Origin: Cyanobacteriota bacterium
Lineage (GTDB): Bacteria > Cyanobacteriota > Cyanobacteriia > PCC-6307 > Cyanobiaceae
DNA length: 53,175 nucleotides
Assembly (NCBI GenBank): GCA_046052125.1
Contig: JBJOMY010000009.1
Location: forward strand, 1-53,175
Direction of reading: 5' to 3'
Shown here: positions 8,596 to 17,566 of the stretch, piece after piece
Layout: each line of letters opens with the position of its first letter
How positions within the stretch are numbered: position 1 is the stretch's first letter
Made by a program: the position numbers and the translations under genes
The notes under the pieces: model-generated
The model's database searches: none
Told to the model about the DNA's origin: nothing
Seen by the model: the letters and a program-made list of their open reading frames with translations, nothing else

Positions 8596-9663
8596 TCAGT
8601 CGAGGGTGACGCCCATGGGCTCGTTGTCTTCGGCCTGCTCGAGCAGCATCTGCTTGTAGCGGGCGGCCATCTCCTCGGCCTTTTCGAACACCTTCTGGGG
8701 GTCGGTGAGCATGTCGCCCGGTTCGGGCTCGAGGGCCTTGGTGGAGAGGGAGATGCGACCGCGCTCGGCGTCGAGGTCGATGATCATCACCTTCATCTGG
8801 TCGTTCACGTTGAGCACCGTGTGCGGTGTCTCGATGTGCTCGTGACTGATCTCGGAGATGTGCAGCAGGCCGCTCACACCACCGATATCGATGAAGGCGC
8901 CGTAGGGCTTGATGCCGCGGACGGTACCGATCACCACTTCGCCCACTTCCAGGCGGTTCATCTTGCGCTCCACCAGCGCACGGCGATGGCTGAGCACCAG
9001 GCGGTTGCGCTCTTCATCCACCTCAAGGAACTTGAGGGGCAGGAAGTCGGCCACCAGCTCTTCCTTGGGCTTGCGGGTGCTGATGTGGCTGCCGGGGATG
9101 AAGCCGCGCAGGCCTTCCACGCGCACCAGTGCACCACCACGGTTGGTGGCGAACACTTCGCTGTAGATGGTGGCGTCTTCCTTCTGCAGCTGACGCACGC
9201 GCTCCCAAGCGCGCTGGTATTCGATGCGGCGGATCGAAAGGGTGAGCTGACCGTCTTCGTTCTCCTCGCTGAGGATGAAGAATTCGCGCTCCTCGCCGGG
9301 CTCGAGCACATCGCTGATGCTCTCCACCCGGTTGATCGACACCTCCTGCATGGGCATGAAGGCGGCGGTCTTGGCGCCGATGTCGATCATCGAACCCTTG
9401 GGCTCGATGGCGAACACGGTGCCTTTCACCACGTCGCCAGGCTTGAAGTTGTAGTCGTACTTGCTGAGCAGTGACGCGAACTCATCCAGGGTGAAACCCA
9501 CGCCATCGAGATCGCGGCCGGCGTTGCGGCTGCTGGAGTCGTCGGCGCTGGGCACCTCTTCCGGAATGCCGAACTCGAGATCGGCAGCCGCTTCAGCGGC
9601 GAAGTCCTGATCTACGGCGAGCTCCTGCTCGCTGGCTGTGAGATCGGAAGGGGTCACGGTCAT
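8596..9663 (-). CDS. rpsA: 30S ribosomal protein S1 (three S1 domains)
   Basis: YDYNFKPGDVVKG, LSIRRIEYQRAWERVRQLQ, GLLHISEISH. Confidence 0.96.
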   Translation of the reverse strand: MTVTPSDLTASEQELAVDQDFAAEAAADLEFGIPEEVPSADDSSSRNAGRDLDGVGFTLDEFASLLSKYDYNFKPGDVVKGTVFAIEPKGSMIDIGAKTAAFMPMQEVSINRVESISDVLEPGEEREFFILSEENEDGQLTLSIRRIEYQRAWERVRQLQKEDATIYSEVFATNRGGALVRVEGLRGFIPGSHISTRKPKEELVADFLPLKFLEVDEERNRLVLSHRRALVERKMNRLEVGEVVIGTVRGIKPYGAFIDIGGVSGLLHISEISHEHIETPHTVLNVNDQMKVMIIDLDAERGRISLSTKALEPEPGDMLTDPQKVFEKAEEMAARYKQMLLEQAEDNEPMGVTLD

Positions 9664-9767
9664 GGAGAGTTGGCGGCCTGCCGGCGGCAGTACGAGAGGA
9701 CCCCAAACGCCGCCCGCCAGCGGACAAAGGGGAATCTCACACTATACAAACCGCTGAGACAGCCCCC

Positions 9768-10262
9768 TCAGCCCACAACGGCCAAACGCTTGCTGCCGTT
9801 GCGGCGGGTCAATCCGTCCCGAAGACCTTCCAGGGTGGCGACAAAATCGCTCACGCTCTGGAACTGGCGATACACCGAGGCAAAGCGCACGTAAGCCACA
9901 TCGCTCATGCCTGCGAGCTGCTGCAGCACCAGCTCACCGATCTCGCTACTGGCCACCTCACGGCCGCTGCGGCCCTGAAGCTGGAGCTCCAGCTCATCCA
10001 CAACGGATTCGAGGCGGCTGGGCTCCAAACCCGTTTTCTCGCAGGCGCGCAGCAAACCGTGCAGCAGCTTGCTGCGGTTAAACGCTTCACGGCTGCCGTT
10101 GCGCTTCACCACCGTGATTGGCACTGTTTCCACCCGTTCGTAGGTGGTGAAGCGAAATTCACAGTGCAAACATTCGCGGCGCCGCCTCACACTGCGGCCC
10201 GTATCAGCGGAACGCGATTCAAGAACGCGGCTATCAGTGTGCTGGCACGAGGGGCACTGCAT
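9768..10262 (-). CDS. nrdR: Transcriptional repressor NrdR
   Basis: [36 protein letters not shown] cone, AYVRFASVY. Confidence 0.96.
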   Translation of the reverse strand: MQCPSCQHTDSRVLESRSADTGRSVRRRRECLHCEFRFTTYERVETVPITVVKRNGSREAFNRSKLLHGLLRACEKTGLEPSRLESVVDELELQLQGRSGREVASSEIGELVLQQLAGMSDVAYVRFASVYRQFQSVSDFVATLEGLRDGLTRRNGSKRLAVVG

Positions 10263-10411
10263 TGGCCCGAAAGTCCGCGGAAGTGTGAAGCAAGTGTAGA
10301 CAGCTTTCGTCCACTTGAGAAGGGAGTAGCCGCCGAGGGTTTCAGATCGTGATCGCTCGAAAACGGCGCCACAACGTGAGACTCGACCTCCACAGAGAGC
10401 CGCAAGACAAC

Positions 10412-10436
10412 AAAAACCCCCGCATCAGCGGGGGTT
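10412..10436 (-). terminator. Intrinsic terminator after psbB-psbT
   Basis: Minus strand AACCCCCGC-TGAT-GCGGGGG followed by TTTTT. Confidence 0.82.
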
Positions 10437-10460
10437 CGATCACTCAGACGCCTGAGCCAA

Positions 10461-10556
10461 TCACTTACCGATCTTCGGGGGATCGCGGAAGGCGATCGCG
10501 AAGAACAGGGTGGAGATGGCGAACGCCAGGATGAGGATGTAAGCGAAGCTTTCCAT
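10461..10556 (-). CDS. psbT: Photosystem II protein PsbT
   Basis: Manual translation [40 protein letters not shown]; directly after psbB; below ORF-track cutoff. Confidence 0.96.
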   Translation of the reverse strand: MESFAYILILAFAISTLFFAIAFRDPPKIGK

Positions 10557-10574
10557 GGAAGAACCTCCTGGCGA

Positions 10575-12134
10575 TCAGCTGAGGGTAGTACCGGCGGGAG
10601 GCACGTAGCCCTCCGGCAGACGGCGGGTGGAACGGTCGCCCAGTTTCTGGAACAGACCAAACTCCACTTGTTCACCGAGATCAGGATCGATACCGGCGAA
10701 CACATCGCGGTAGAGGGTGCGAGCACCGTGCCAGATGTGACCGAAGAAGAAGAGCAACGCGAAGCAGGCGTGGCCGAAGGTGAACCAGCCGCGGGGTGAG
10801 CTGCGGAAGGTGCCGTCGGAGTGGTAGGTCTCGCGATCGAATTCGAACGCTTCACCGAGCTGTGCCTTGCGGGCGAGACGCTTCACATCGGCGGGGTCGG
10901 TGAAGGTCTGACCGTTGAGAGCGCCGCCGTAAACGGTGGCGGTCACGCCTGTCTGCTCGAAGGAGTACTTCGCTTCAGCGCGGCGGAAGGGGATGTCGGC
11001 GCGAACGATGCCCTGGCCGTCTTCAAGAACCACAGGGAAGTTCTCGAAGAAGTTGGGCAGGCGACGCACTTCCAGATCACGACCTTCCTTATCGGTGAAG
11101 GAGATGTGACCCAGCCAGCCGGTGGGCAGGCCATCACCATTCACCATCGGACCAACGCGGAACAGACCACCCTTGGCAGGGCTGTTGCCCACGTAGTCGT
11201 AGAAGGCGAGCTTCTCAGGAATCGTGGCGAAGGCCTGTTCCTTGGTGGCACCGTTGTCGAGTGCGGTCTGCACACGGCGGTTGATCTCGGTCTTGAAGTA
11301 GCCCTGGTCCCACTGATAGCGGGTGGGGCCGAACAGCTCAACCGGAGTGGCAGCCGCGCCGTACCACATGGTTCCGGCCACGACGAAGGCAGCGAAGAAC
11401 ACGGCAGCGATGGCGCTGGAGAGCACCGTTTCGATGTTGCCCATGCGCAGAGCCTTGTAGAGGCGCTCCGGCGGGCGAGTGGTGATGTGGAAGATGCCGG
11501 CGATGATGCCGACGATGCCTGCAGCGATGTGGTGGGCAACGATGCCGCCCGGGTTGAAGGGGTTGAACCCTTCAGGACCCCAGGAGGGCTGCACCGGCTC
11601 TAGGTGACCGGTGATGCCGTAGGGGTCAGACACCCACATTCCGGGGCCAAACACACCTGTGAGGTGGAAGGCACCGAAGCCGAAGCAAGCGAGGCCAGCG
11701 AGCAGCAGGTGGATCCCGAAGATCTTGGGAAGATCGAGGGCGGGCTCACCGGTGCGGGGGTCCTGCCAGATCTCCAGATCCCAGTAGGTCCAGTGCCAGA
11801 TGGCAGCGAGGAACAGCAGGCCGCTGAGAATGATGTGAGCAGCTGCCACACCTTCGAAGCTCCAGAAGCCGGGATCAACACCGGTTTCACCGGTGATGCT
11901 CCAGCCGCCCCAGCTGCCCGTCACTCCCAGACGGGCCATGAAAGGCATCACAAACATGCCCTGGCGCCACATCGGGTTGAGCACCGGGTCGGAGGGATCG
12001 AAGATGGCCAGCTCGTAGAGCGCCATGGAGCCGGCCCAGCCAGCTACCAGAGCGGTGTGCATGAGGTGCACGGCCAACAGTCGGCCCGGGTCGTTGATCA
12101 CGACCGTGTGCACCCGATACCAGGGCAATCCCAT
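10575..12134 (-). CDS. psbB: Photosystem II CP47
   Basis: Starts [19 protein letters not shown] at ATG 12134; 519 aa. Confidence 0.99.
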   Translation of the reverse strand: MGLPWYRVHTVVINDPGRLLAVHLMHTALVAGWAGSMALYELAIFDPSDPVLNPMWRQGMFVMPFMARLGVTGSWGGWSITGETGVDPGFWSFEGVAAAHIILSGLLFLAAIWHWTYWDLEIWQDPRTGEPALDLPKIFGIHLLLAGLACFGFGAFHLTGVFGPGMWVSDPYGITGHLEPVQPSWGPEGFNPFNPGGIVAHHIAAGIVGIIAGIFHITTRPPERLYKALRMGNIETVLSSAIAAVFFAAFVVAGTMWYGAAATPVELFGPTRYQWDQGYFKTEINRRVQTALDNGATKEQAFATIPEKLAFYDYVGNSPAKGGLFRVGPMVNGDGLPTGWLGHISFTDKEGRDLEVRRLPNFFENFPVVLEDGQGIVRADIPFRRAEAKYSFEQTGVTATVYGGALNGQTFTDPADVKRLARKAQLGEAFEFDRETYHSDGTFRSSPRGWFTFGHACFALLFFFGHIWHGARTLYRDVFAGIDPDLGEQVEFGLFQKLGDRSTRRLPEGYVPPAGTTLS

Positions 12135-12402
12135 GGGGGTTAGGTCCGGGGAAACAATCAGCCGCCCGCGCCGGAGAACCGGTCGGCGGTTGGCAACACG
12201 ATCAAGCTCAGCCAGCCGAAACCGGCGGATACTCAATCCGTGTTGGCGATGGTAAGGGGTTTGCGCGGCTCTCTGATTCGATTGCGGCACAGCTGAAACG
12301 TGCCGTGATGGGGCCAGCCCCGGCACCACTCCCCTGAGCCGCAGGCGGCGGTTACAAAACGCAACCCTCACCCTCACAATGGAGGAGTTGCCGGGGGATC
12401 CC

Positions 12403-12846
12403 ATGCCCGTGATTCGGTTTGTGCGCGAAGGTCGCGACGTGGAGTGCTACCCGGGTGAAAACCTGCGGGAGGTAGCCCTGCGGGAGGGCATCGCGCTGTA
12501 CGGCCTGAAGGGCCAGCTGGGCAACTGCGGTGGCTGCGGCCAATGCATCACCTGCTTTGTGGATGTGGTGGGCGAAAGCAGCCCCGGCAGCCTCAGTGGC
12601 CGCACCGCTGTTGAAGACCAGAAGCTGCGCCGCCGGCCCCAAACCTGGCGTCTGGCCTGTCAGGCGCTGGTGCAGCAATCCGTGCTGGTGCTCACCAAAC
12701 CCCAGACCGGGCTCGGTGATGCCGAGCAAAAGATCGCCCAGGCCAAGGCGGAGCCGCTGCCTGCCGGCCCCACCGCCTGGCCCGTGGACGAGAGCCTCAT
12801 CGAAGACGAGGAGGGCGAAACCACTACGAGCGATGAAGAGGCCTGA
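12403..12846 (+). CDS. 2Fe-2S ferredoxin-like protein with acidic tail
   Basis: [24 protein letters not shown]; between psbB and psbM; alternative ATG at 12379. Confidence 0.88.
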   Translation: MPVIRFVREGRDVECYPGENLREVALREGIALYGLKGQLGNCGGCGQCITCFVDVVGESSPGSLSGRTAVEDQKLRRRPQTWRLACQALVQQSVLVLTKPQTGLGDAEQKIAQAKAEPLPAGPTAWPVDESLIEDEEGETTTSDEEA

Positions 12847-12894
12847 TCGGCGCCTGAAGGCGGTGATACCGTCATCGCGCTGAAGGCTTTTGCA

Positions 12895-12999
12895 ATGGAA
12901 ACCAACGATCTCGGCTTCGTCGCCAGTCTGATGTTCGTGCTGGTTCCAACCGTGTTTCTGCTAGTGCTGTACATCCAGACCAGCAGCCGCCAGGGTTGA
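12895..12999 (+). CDS. psbM: Photosystem II protein PsbM
   Basis: Manual translation [34 protein letters not shown]. Confidence 0.96.
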   Translation: METNDLGFVASLMFVLVPTVFLLVLYIQTSSRQG

Positions 13000-13034
13000 A
13001 TCCCGGGCCTCTGCCCAACCAGCTCCATTCATTG

Positions 13035-13076
13035 AAAAATCCCCGGAGCAGCGATCGGCAGCTCCGGGGATTTTTT
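13035..13076. terminator. Bidirectional intrinsic terminator between psbM and USP gene
   Basis: AAAAATCCCCGGAGC...GCTCCGGGGATTTTTT inverted repeat flanked by A and T tracts between convergent genes. Confidence 0.88.
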
Positions 13077-13110
13077 GCTGCGCTGCGCCGAGCGCAGCAG
13101 CAGTTCAGGC

Positions 13111-13959
13111 TCAACTGCGCCCTTCAGGCTCCCGCACCAGCAACACGGGCGCAGGGGCGTGCACGCGGATGTAGTCGCTCACTGAAGAGCCGAGCAAACG
13201 ATCGATATCCACCAGGCCACGGGCCACCAGCGGCCGGCGATCCTGGGAGGCGATCACCAGCAGATCCGCCTTCTCCTCCTCCGCCACCTGGCACACCCCG
13301 CGACCGATGTCGCCCGTGCGGTGGATGGCCTTCATCTCCACGCCAAAGCTGCGGGCGCGCTGCACCGCTTTGTCCAGCACTTCATCGGCAGGGGTCTTAC
13401 CGCCGCGGGAGGGGGTGATGTCCTGCCGGCTGATGTGGATGCCCGTGAGGCTGCCACCGGGGATGTCACGCACCAGTTCACAGGCCAGACGCAGGGCGTC
13501 ATCGCCCACGCCGGTGCCATCGACAGCCACCATCACGCGGTTCACGTGGCGCACGTAGAGGTCGTCGCGCACCAGCAGCATCGGCCGCGTGGAGAGCTGA
13601 AACACGTATTGGCTGGCGCTGTTGCTCAGGATCGACTGCAGCCGACCCAGACCGCGCGAACCCATCACGATCAGGTCGGCGTTGAGCTCATCGGCCACCT
13701 TCAACACTGTTTGCTTGGTGTCGCCCTGGCGAATGATCGTGTTCACATCGGCTGGGTTGAGGCCGAGGCGCTGCACGGCCTCGGCCACGATCCCGGCCGC
13801 TTTCTGGGAGTGTTCCGCGTAGTTCTCGCCCGCCTGCTCCGACACCACATGCAGCAGGTTGATGCGGGCCTGCCGCATGGCCGGGATGTCGCGCAGCATG
13901 CGCACCATCTCTTCAACGTGGCCCTTGCCGGAATCGGCGATCAGAAGGTTGCGGAACAC
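13111..13959 (-). CDS. Universal stress protein (tandem USP domains)
   Basis: GTG start giving MFRNLLIADSG; ADLIVMGSRGLG..SILSNSASQYV; second domain ADLLVIAS..LLGSSVSDYI. Confidence 0.9.
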   Translation of the reverse strand: MFRNLLIADSGKGHVEEMVRMLRDIPAMRQARINLLHVVSEQAGENYAEHSQKAAGIVAEAVQRLGLNPADVNTIIRQGDTKQTVLKVADELNADLIVMGSRGLGRLQSILSNSASQYVFQLSTRPMLLVRDDLYVRHVNRVMVAVDGTGVGDDALRLACELVRDIPGGSLTGIHISRQDITPSRGGKTPADEVLDKAVQRARSFGVEMKAIHRTGDIGRGVCQVAEEEKADLLVIASQDRRPLVARGLVDIDRLLGSSVSDYIRVHAPAPVLLVREPEGRS

Positions 13960-14026
13960 AGCCGTTGCAACGCGCTGGGGCAGCCTATGGCTGATCTGCT
14001 GTGGCGGACCAACCGCGAGTAACACC

Positions 14027-14476
14027 GTGACGGAGCAACAACAGCAACAGCCTTGGCGCCTGCAGAGGCGCGTGCTGCCCCAGCACACCGATCACGCCGG
14101 GGTGATGTGGCACGGCGCTTATTTGAGCTGGCTGGAGGAAGCCCGGGTGGAGGCGCTGAGCGCGGCGGGCCTGGCCTATGCCGACCTCTCCGGCCAGGGG
14201 CTGGAGCTGCCCGTGGTGAACCTCACGATCGATTACCGCCAGGCCCTGCTCCACGGCGAACAGGTGAGCGTGCACAGCTGGGTGCTGCCGCGCAGCGGCG
14301 TGAAGCTGCCCTGGCGCAGCCAATTTGTGAAGGCCGATGGCAGCGTGGCTGCCGAAGCGCGCGTGGAGTTGGTGCTCGTGGACCTCTCCGCCGGAGCAGG
14401 CCAGCGCAAGCTGCTGCGCCGATTACCACCCGAGCTGATCAGCGCGATCGAACGGCTGCAGCAGGGCGCAGCCTGA
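14027..14476 (+). CDS. Acyl-CoA thioesterase (4HBT/YbgC hotdog family)
   Basis: RVLPQHTDHAGVMWHGAYLSWLEEAR motif; GTG start inferred. Confidence 0.85.
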   Translation: MTEQQQQQPWRLQRRVLPQHTDHAGVMWHGAYLSWLEEARVEALSAAGLAYADLSGQGLELPVVNLTIDYRQALLHGEQVSVHSWVLPRSGVKLPWRSQFVKADGSVAAEARVELVLVDLSAGAGQRKLLRRLPPELISAIERLQQGAA

Positions 14477-14492
14477 GACCCAGCACTCTCGC

Positions 14493-14510
14493 TATAGTAC
14501 AGGCGAACTA
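14493..14510 (+). promoter_or_regulatory. dprA promoter: -10 TATAGT overlapped by LexA-like box
   Basis: TATAGT (14493-14498) overlaps TAGTACAGGCGAACTA (14495-14510), 2 mismatches from TAGTACANNTGTACTA. Confidence 0.6.
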
Positions 14511-14632
14511 GTGGAGTGGTTGTGGGGGAGTTGTTGTGCGCGCCCTTTGCGGCACCGACCAGTCCGCGCCGGCGGACGCAGCGCTCCCGCGCAGAGCGGA
14601 AGGCTCGCCAGCGCCGTGGCCACGACCCATCG

Positions 14633-15766
14633 GTGGAGCACAAGCGCCTGTGGCGTCTGGTGTGGTCGGGCTGCCCCGGCATTGGCTGGCAACGGCATGA
14701 GCGCCTGGATGCCATGTTCGGCAGCCTGGAGCTGGCGTGGCTCGCCAGCGAAGCGGAACTCAGCCATGCCCTGGGGGGGCACACCCGCCTCAGCCCGCGG
14801 GAGCTCGAGGGGATCCACCGCTATCGCAGTGAACATGGAGAGCTGCCGATCCACCAGCCGCCCAACCAAAGCCAACGGCGCCAGTGGGCTCCGCCAGGGC
14901 TGCTGCTCCCCGACGACGACGCCTTCCCGCCGGCATTGCTGGAGCTGGAACGGCCGCCGTTGCAGCTGTTCTGGCGTGGGCGGGGCTCGCTGTGGCCCGC
15001 ACTCTGGGAAAGCCAAGCGGTGGCGGTGGTGGGCACCCGCCGGCCCTCCAGGCATGGCAGCACCATGGCTCGGATGATCGGCCGCGCCCTGGCGGAGGCG
15101 GGTTGGCCCGTGGTGAGCGGCCTGGCTGAAGGCATTGATGCCGCCGCTCATCAGGGGTGCCTGGAAGCGGGCGGGCAGCCGGTGGGCGTGTTGGGCACGC
15201 CGCTGAATCGGGTCTACCCACGCCATCACACGGAACTGCAGGGGGCCGTTGCTGAGCGTGGCCTGTTGATTAGTGAGCTGGCGGAGGGCACCCCAGGGCG
15301 AGCGGGGCATTTCGCGCTGCGCAATCGGCTGCAGGTGGGGCTGGCTCAGGCGGTGGTGCTGGTGGAGTGTCCGCTGGCAAGTGGGGCTCTGCACTCAGCC
15401 CAGTTGGCCTGGGAGCTGGGCCTGCCGGTGTGGGTGGTGCCAGCGGATGCGGCACGGGTGAGTGCGGCGGGCAGCAATCGCTGGCTCAGCCAGGGGGGTA
15501 CGCCGCTGCTCAGCCCGACGGATCTGATCAACAGCCTGGGGGCGGGGCCCCTGCGGCCGAGGTCCCAGGAGCAGGACACTCCAGCGCACGCCACCCTGCT
15601 ACAGCGAGAAGCGGCGCTGCTCGGAGCGCTTGGGGCTGGAGCCTCCCTCGATCAACTCTGCGATCGCTTGCGCATCAACCCCGGCTCCCTGAGCGAACGG
15701 CTGCTGCGGCTGGAGCTAGCGGGCGTGTTGCGCAGCGAGCCAGGGCTGTGGTGGCGGCCCTGCTGA
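14633..15766 (+). CDS. dprA: DNA-processing protein DprA/Smf
   Basis: VAVVGTRRPS, VSGLAEGIDAAAH, LISE, FALRNRL, C-terminal winged helix; start GTG 14633 or 14516 uncertain. Confidence 0.92.
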   Translation: MEHKRLWRLVWSGCPGIGWQRHERLDAMFGSLELAWLASEAELSHALGGHTRLSPRELEGIHRYRSEHGELPIHQPPNQSQRRQWAPPGLLLPDDDAFPPALLELERPPLQLFWRGRGSLWPALWESQAVAVVGTRRPSRHGSTMARMIGRALAEAGWPVVSGLAEGIDAAAHQGCLEAGGQPVGVLGTPLNRVYPRHHTELQGAVAERGLLISELAEGTPGRAGHFALRNRLQVGLAQAVVLVECPLASGALHSAQLAWELGLPVWVVPADAARVSAAGSNRWLSQGGTPLLSPTDLINSLGAGPLRPRSQEQDTPAHATLLQREAALLGALGAGASLDQLCDRLRINPGSLSERLLRLELAGVLRSEPGLWWRPC

Positions 15767-15791
15767 ACCCACCGCTTCCTAACGTTGGACC

Positions 15792-16673
15792 ATGGTGAGC
15801 AACTTGGCCGCAGCTGAGCTCCTGGCGTGGCGCCGCGAGCAACTGCAAGCCGGTGGCGAAGCCAGTGCATTGGATTGGCTGCTCGATCTGGAAGGCGGCC
15901 TTTCTTGGCAAACCCTGCAACAGCTCTGGCTCCACCCGGAGCGATCGGTGGAGCTAGCAGCCCCCCTCAGCCGGCTCGAGCAGCTTTGGCAGCAACACCT
16001 TCAAAGCAAAACACCACTGCAATACCTCGTGGGCCGTTGCCCGTGGCGTGATCTCGAACTGGCCGTGCAACCAGGGGCCTTGATTCCCAGGCAGGAAACA
16101 GAGCTGCTGGTGGATCTGGCCTTGGCGCTGATCGAGCCCCACGAAAGCGGAACCCCTCTGCGCTGGGCGGATCTGGGCACCGGATCCGGTTGCCTCGCCC
16201 TGGCACTGGCCCGAACCTGGCCTGGGAGCGAAGGCTGGGCTGTGGATCAATCAGCCGATGCCCTGGCATTGGCGAAGCGCAATCTGGGTGGGGATCCCCT
16301 GGGGCAGTCCGTGCAACTACGCCAGGGCAGCTGGTGGGAGCCCCTGGGTGATTGCTTGGGAAGCCTGAATCTGGTGGTGTCAAACCCGCCCTACATCCCC
16401 ACCGACGTGTGGCAAACGCTGGATCCGCAGGTGCGCGATCACGAGCCTGAGCTGGCGCTCCACGGCGGCAGCGACGGACTGGATGCGATCCGAGCAATCG
16501 CCCATGGAGCCGCAGCAGCACTCGCTCCAGGGGGGTGGCTGCTGCTCGAGCATCACCACGATCAAAGCGAGGCAGCTGTGGCGTTACTGCGCCAAAGCGG
16601 GCTCAGCAACGCTGCGGCCCACTTCGATCTGGAAGGAGTGAAACGCTTCGCCTGCGCCCAACGCCCAAGCTGA
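15792..16673 (+). CDS. prmC: Release factor glutamine methyltransferase
   Basis: PLQYLVG, LIPRQETE, DLGTGSG, SNPPY, HEPELAL. Confidence 0.94.
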   Translation: MVSNLAAAELLAWRREQLQAGGEASALDWLLDLEGGLSWQTLQQLWLHPERSVELAAPLSRLEQLWQQHLQSKTPLQYLVGRCPWRDLELAVQPGALIPRQETELLVDLALALIEPHESGTPLRWADLGTGSGCLALALARTWPGSEGWAVDQSADALALAKRNLGGDPLGQSVQLRQGSWWEPLGDCLGSLNLVVSNPPYIPTDVWQTLDPQVRDHEPELALHGGSDGLDAIRAIAHGAAAALAPGGWLLLEHHHDQSEAAVALLRQSGLSNAAAHFDLEGVKRFACAQRPS

Positions 16674-16706
16674 GCTCTCGCCTTCACTGCAACCCTTCAG
16701 CCAGCC

Positions 16707-17309
16707 ATGCCCCCTGCCTGCAGCCCCAGCGAACTCGCCGAGAAACTGCAGGCCGGTGAGGCCGCGATCTTCCCCACCGACACCCTCCCGGCCCTGGCCA
16801 CCCAGCCGGCATCAGCCAATTTGCTCTGGACGCTGAAGCAGCGCCCTCGGAACAAACCGGTGATCCTGATGGCCGCGGAGATCGAACCCTTATGGGCCTG
16901 CCTCGGCCTGCCAATCGAAGCGGCTTGGCAGGAGCTGGCTGAGCGCTACTGGCCTGGAGCTCTCACGCTGGTGCTTCCCGCCAAGGGCGAATGGCTCGAG
17001 CTCCTAAACCCTGGCGGCACAACGCTGGGCCTGCGCATTCCCAGCAGCGATGAGGCGCGGGAACTGCTGCAGCTCAGCGGACCCCTGGCCACCACTAGCG
17101 CCAACCGTTCAGGAGACCCTGCTTGCCTGAATCACCAGGAAGCCGCCCTGCGCTTTCCAGAAGTGGCGCAACTGGGGCCGGTGCCCTGGCCAGCCCCATC
17201 CGGGCAGGGCAGCACCGTGATCGAGTGGGAGCCCAACGGCCACTGGAAACTGCTTCGCACCGGTGCTGTGATGCCCGCAAATCTCAACTGCAGCTCATTA
17301 GCCGAGTGA
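16707..17309 (+). CDS. tsaC: L-threonylcarbamoyladenylate synthase (TsaC/Sua5/YrdC)
   Basis: FPTDT, LKQRPRNKP, YWPGALTLVL, TTSANRSG. Confidence 0.92.
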   Translation: MPPACSPSELAEKLQAGEAAIFPTDTLPALATQPASANLLWTLKQRPRNKPVILMAAEIEPLWACLGLPIEAAWQELAERYWPGALTLVLPAKGEWLELLNPGGTTLGLRIPSSDEARELLQLSGPLATTSANRSGDPACLNHQEAALRFPEVAQLGPVPWPAPSGQGSTVIEWEPNGHWKLLRTGAVMPANLNCSSLAE

Positions 17310-17470
17310 CGGCTCTGATCCTGCTGCTCGCCTTATTGCTGGGCTTGAACCAGTGGCTACTGGAGCCGGCTGTGCACGCGCTCACGCAACTGCTCGAATT
17401 GAAGGTTCTGCCGTGGTTCGTGGTGGGCATAGCCGCCTGGCTGCTGGCTGGCCGCACAGAGCAACGCTGA
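17306..17470 (+). CDS. 54-aa hydrophobic hypothetical protein
   Basis: GTG overlaps tsaC stop (GTGA); MTALILLLALLLGLNQWLLEPAVHALTQLLELKVLPWFVVGIAAWLLAGRTEQR. Confidence 0.55.
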   Translation: MTALILLLALLLGLNQWLLEPAVHALTQLLELKVLPWFVVGIAAWLLAGRTEQR

Positions 17471-17473
17471 GCC

Positions 17474-17503
17474 AAAAAAAGCCCCCGGCTTGGGCCGGAG
17501 GCT
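17474..17503 (-). terminator. Intrinsic terminator after psaB
   Basis: Minus strand AGCCTCCGGC-CCAA-GCCGGGGGC followed by TTTTTTT. Confidence 0.85.
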
Positions 17504-17566
17504 GAAGACGTCCCTCGAAGAGGGCAAGGGTGATGGGGAGGCGGCTGATGGATCAGCCGCGCTGCA

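Noticed and set aside
6467..9474. Plus-strand ORFs opposite metK and rpsA
   Set aside because: Antisense shadows without domain signal.
12135..12404. N-terminal extensions in the ORF track (psbB here; also psaA, GOGAT, rpsL, dapL, USP, cpcL)
   Set aside because: Stop-free upstream sequence; recognised N-termini begin at later starts and the extensions cover promoter regions.
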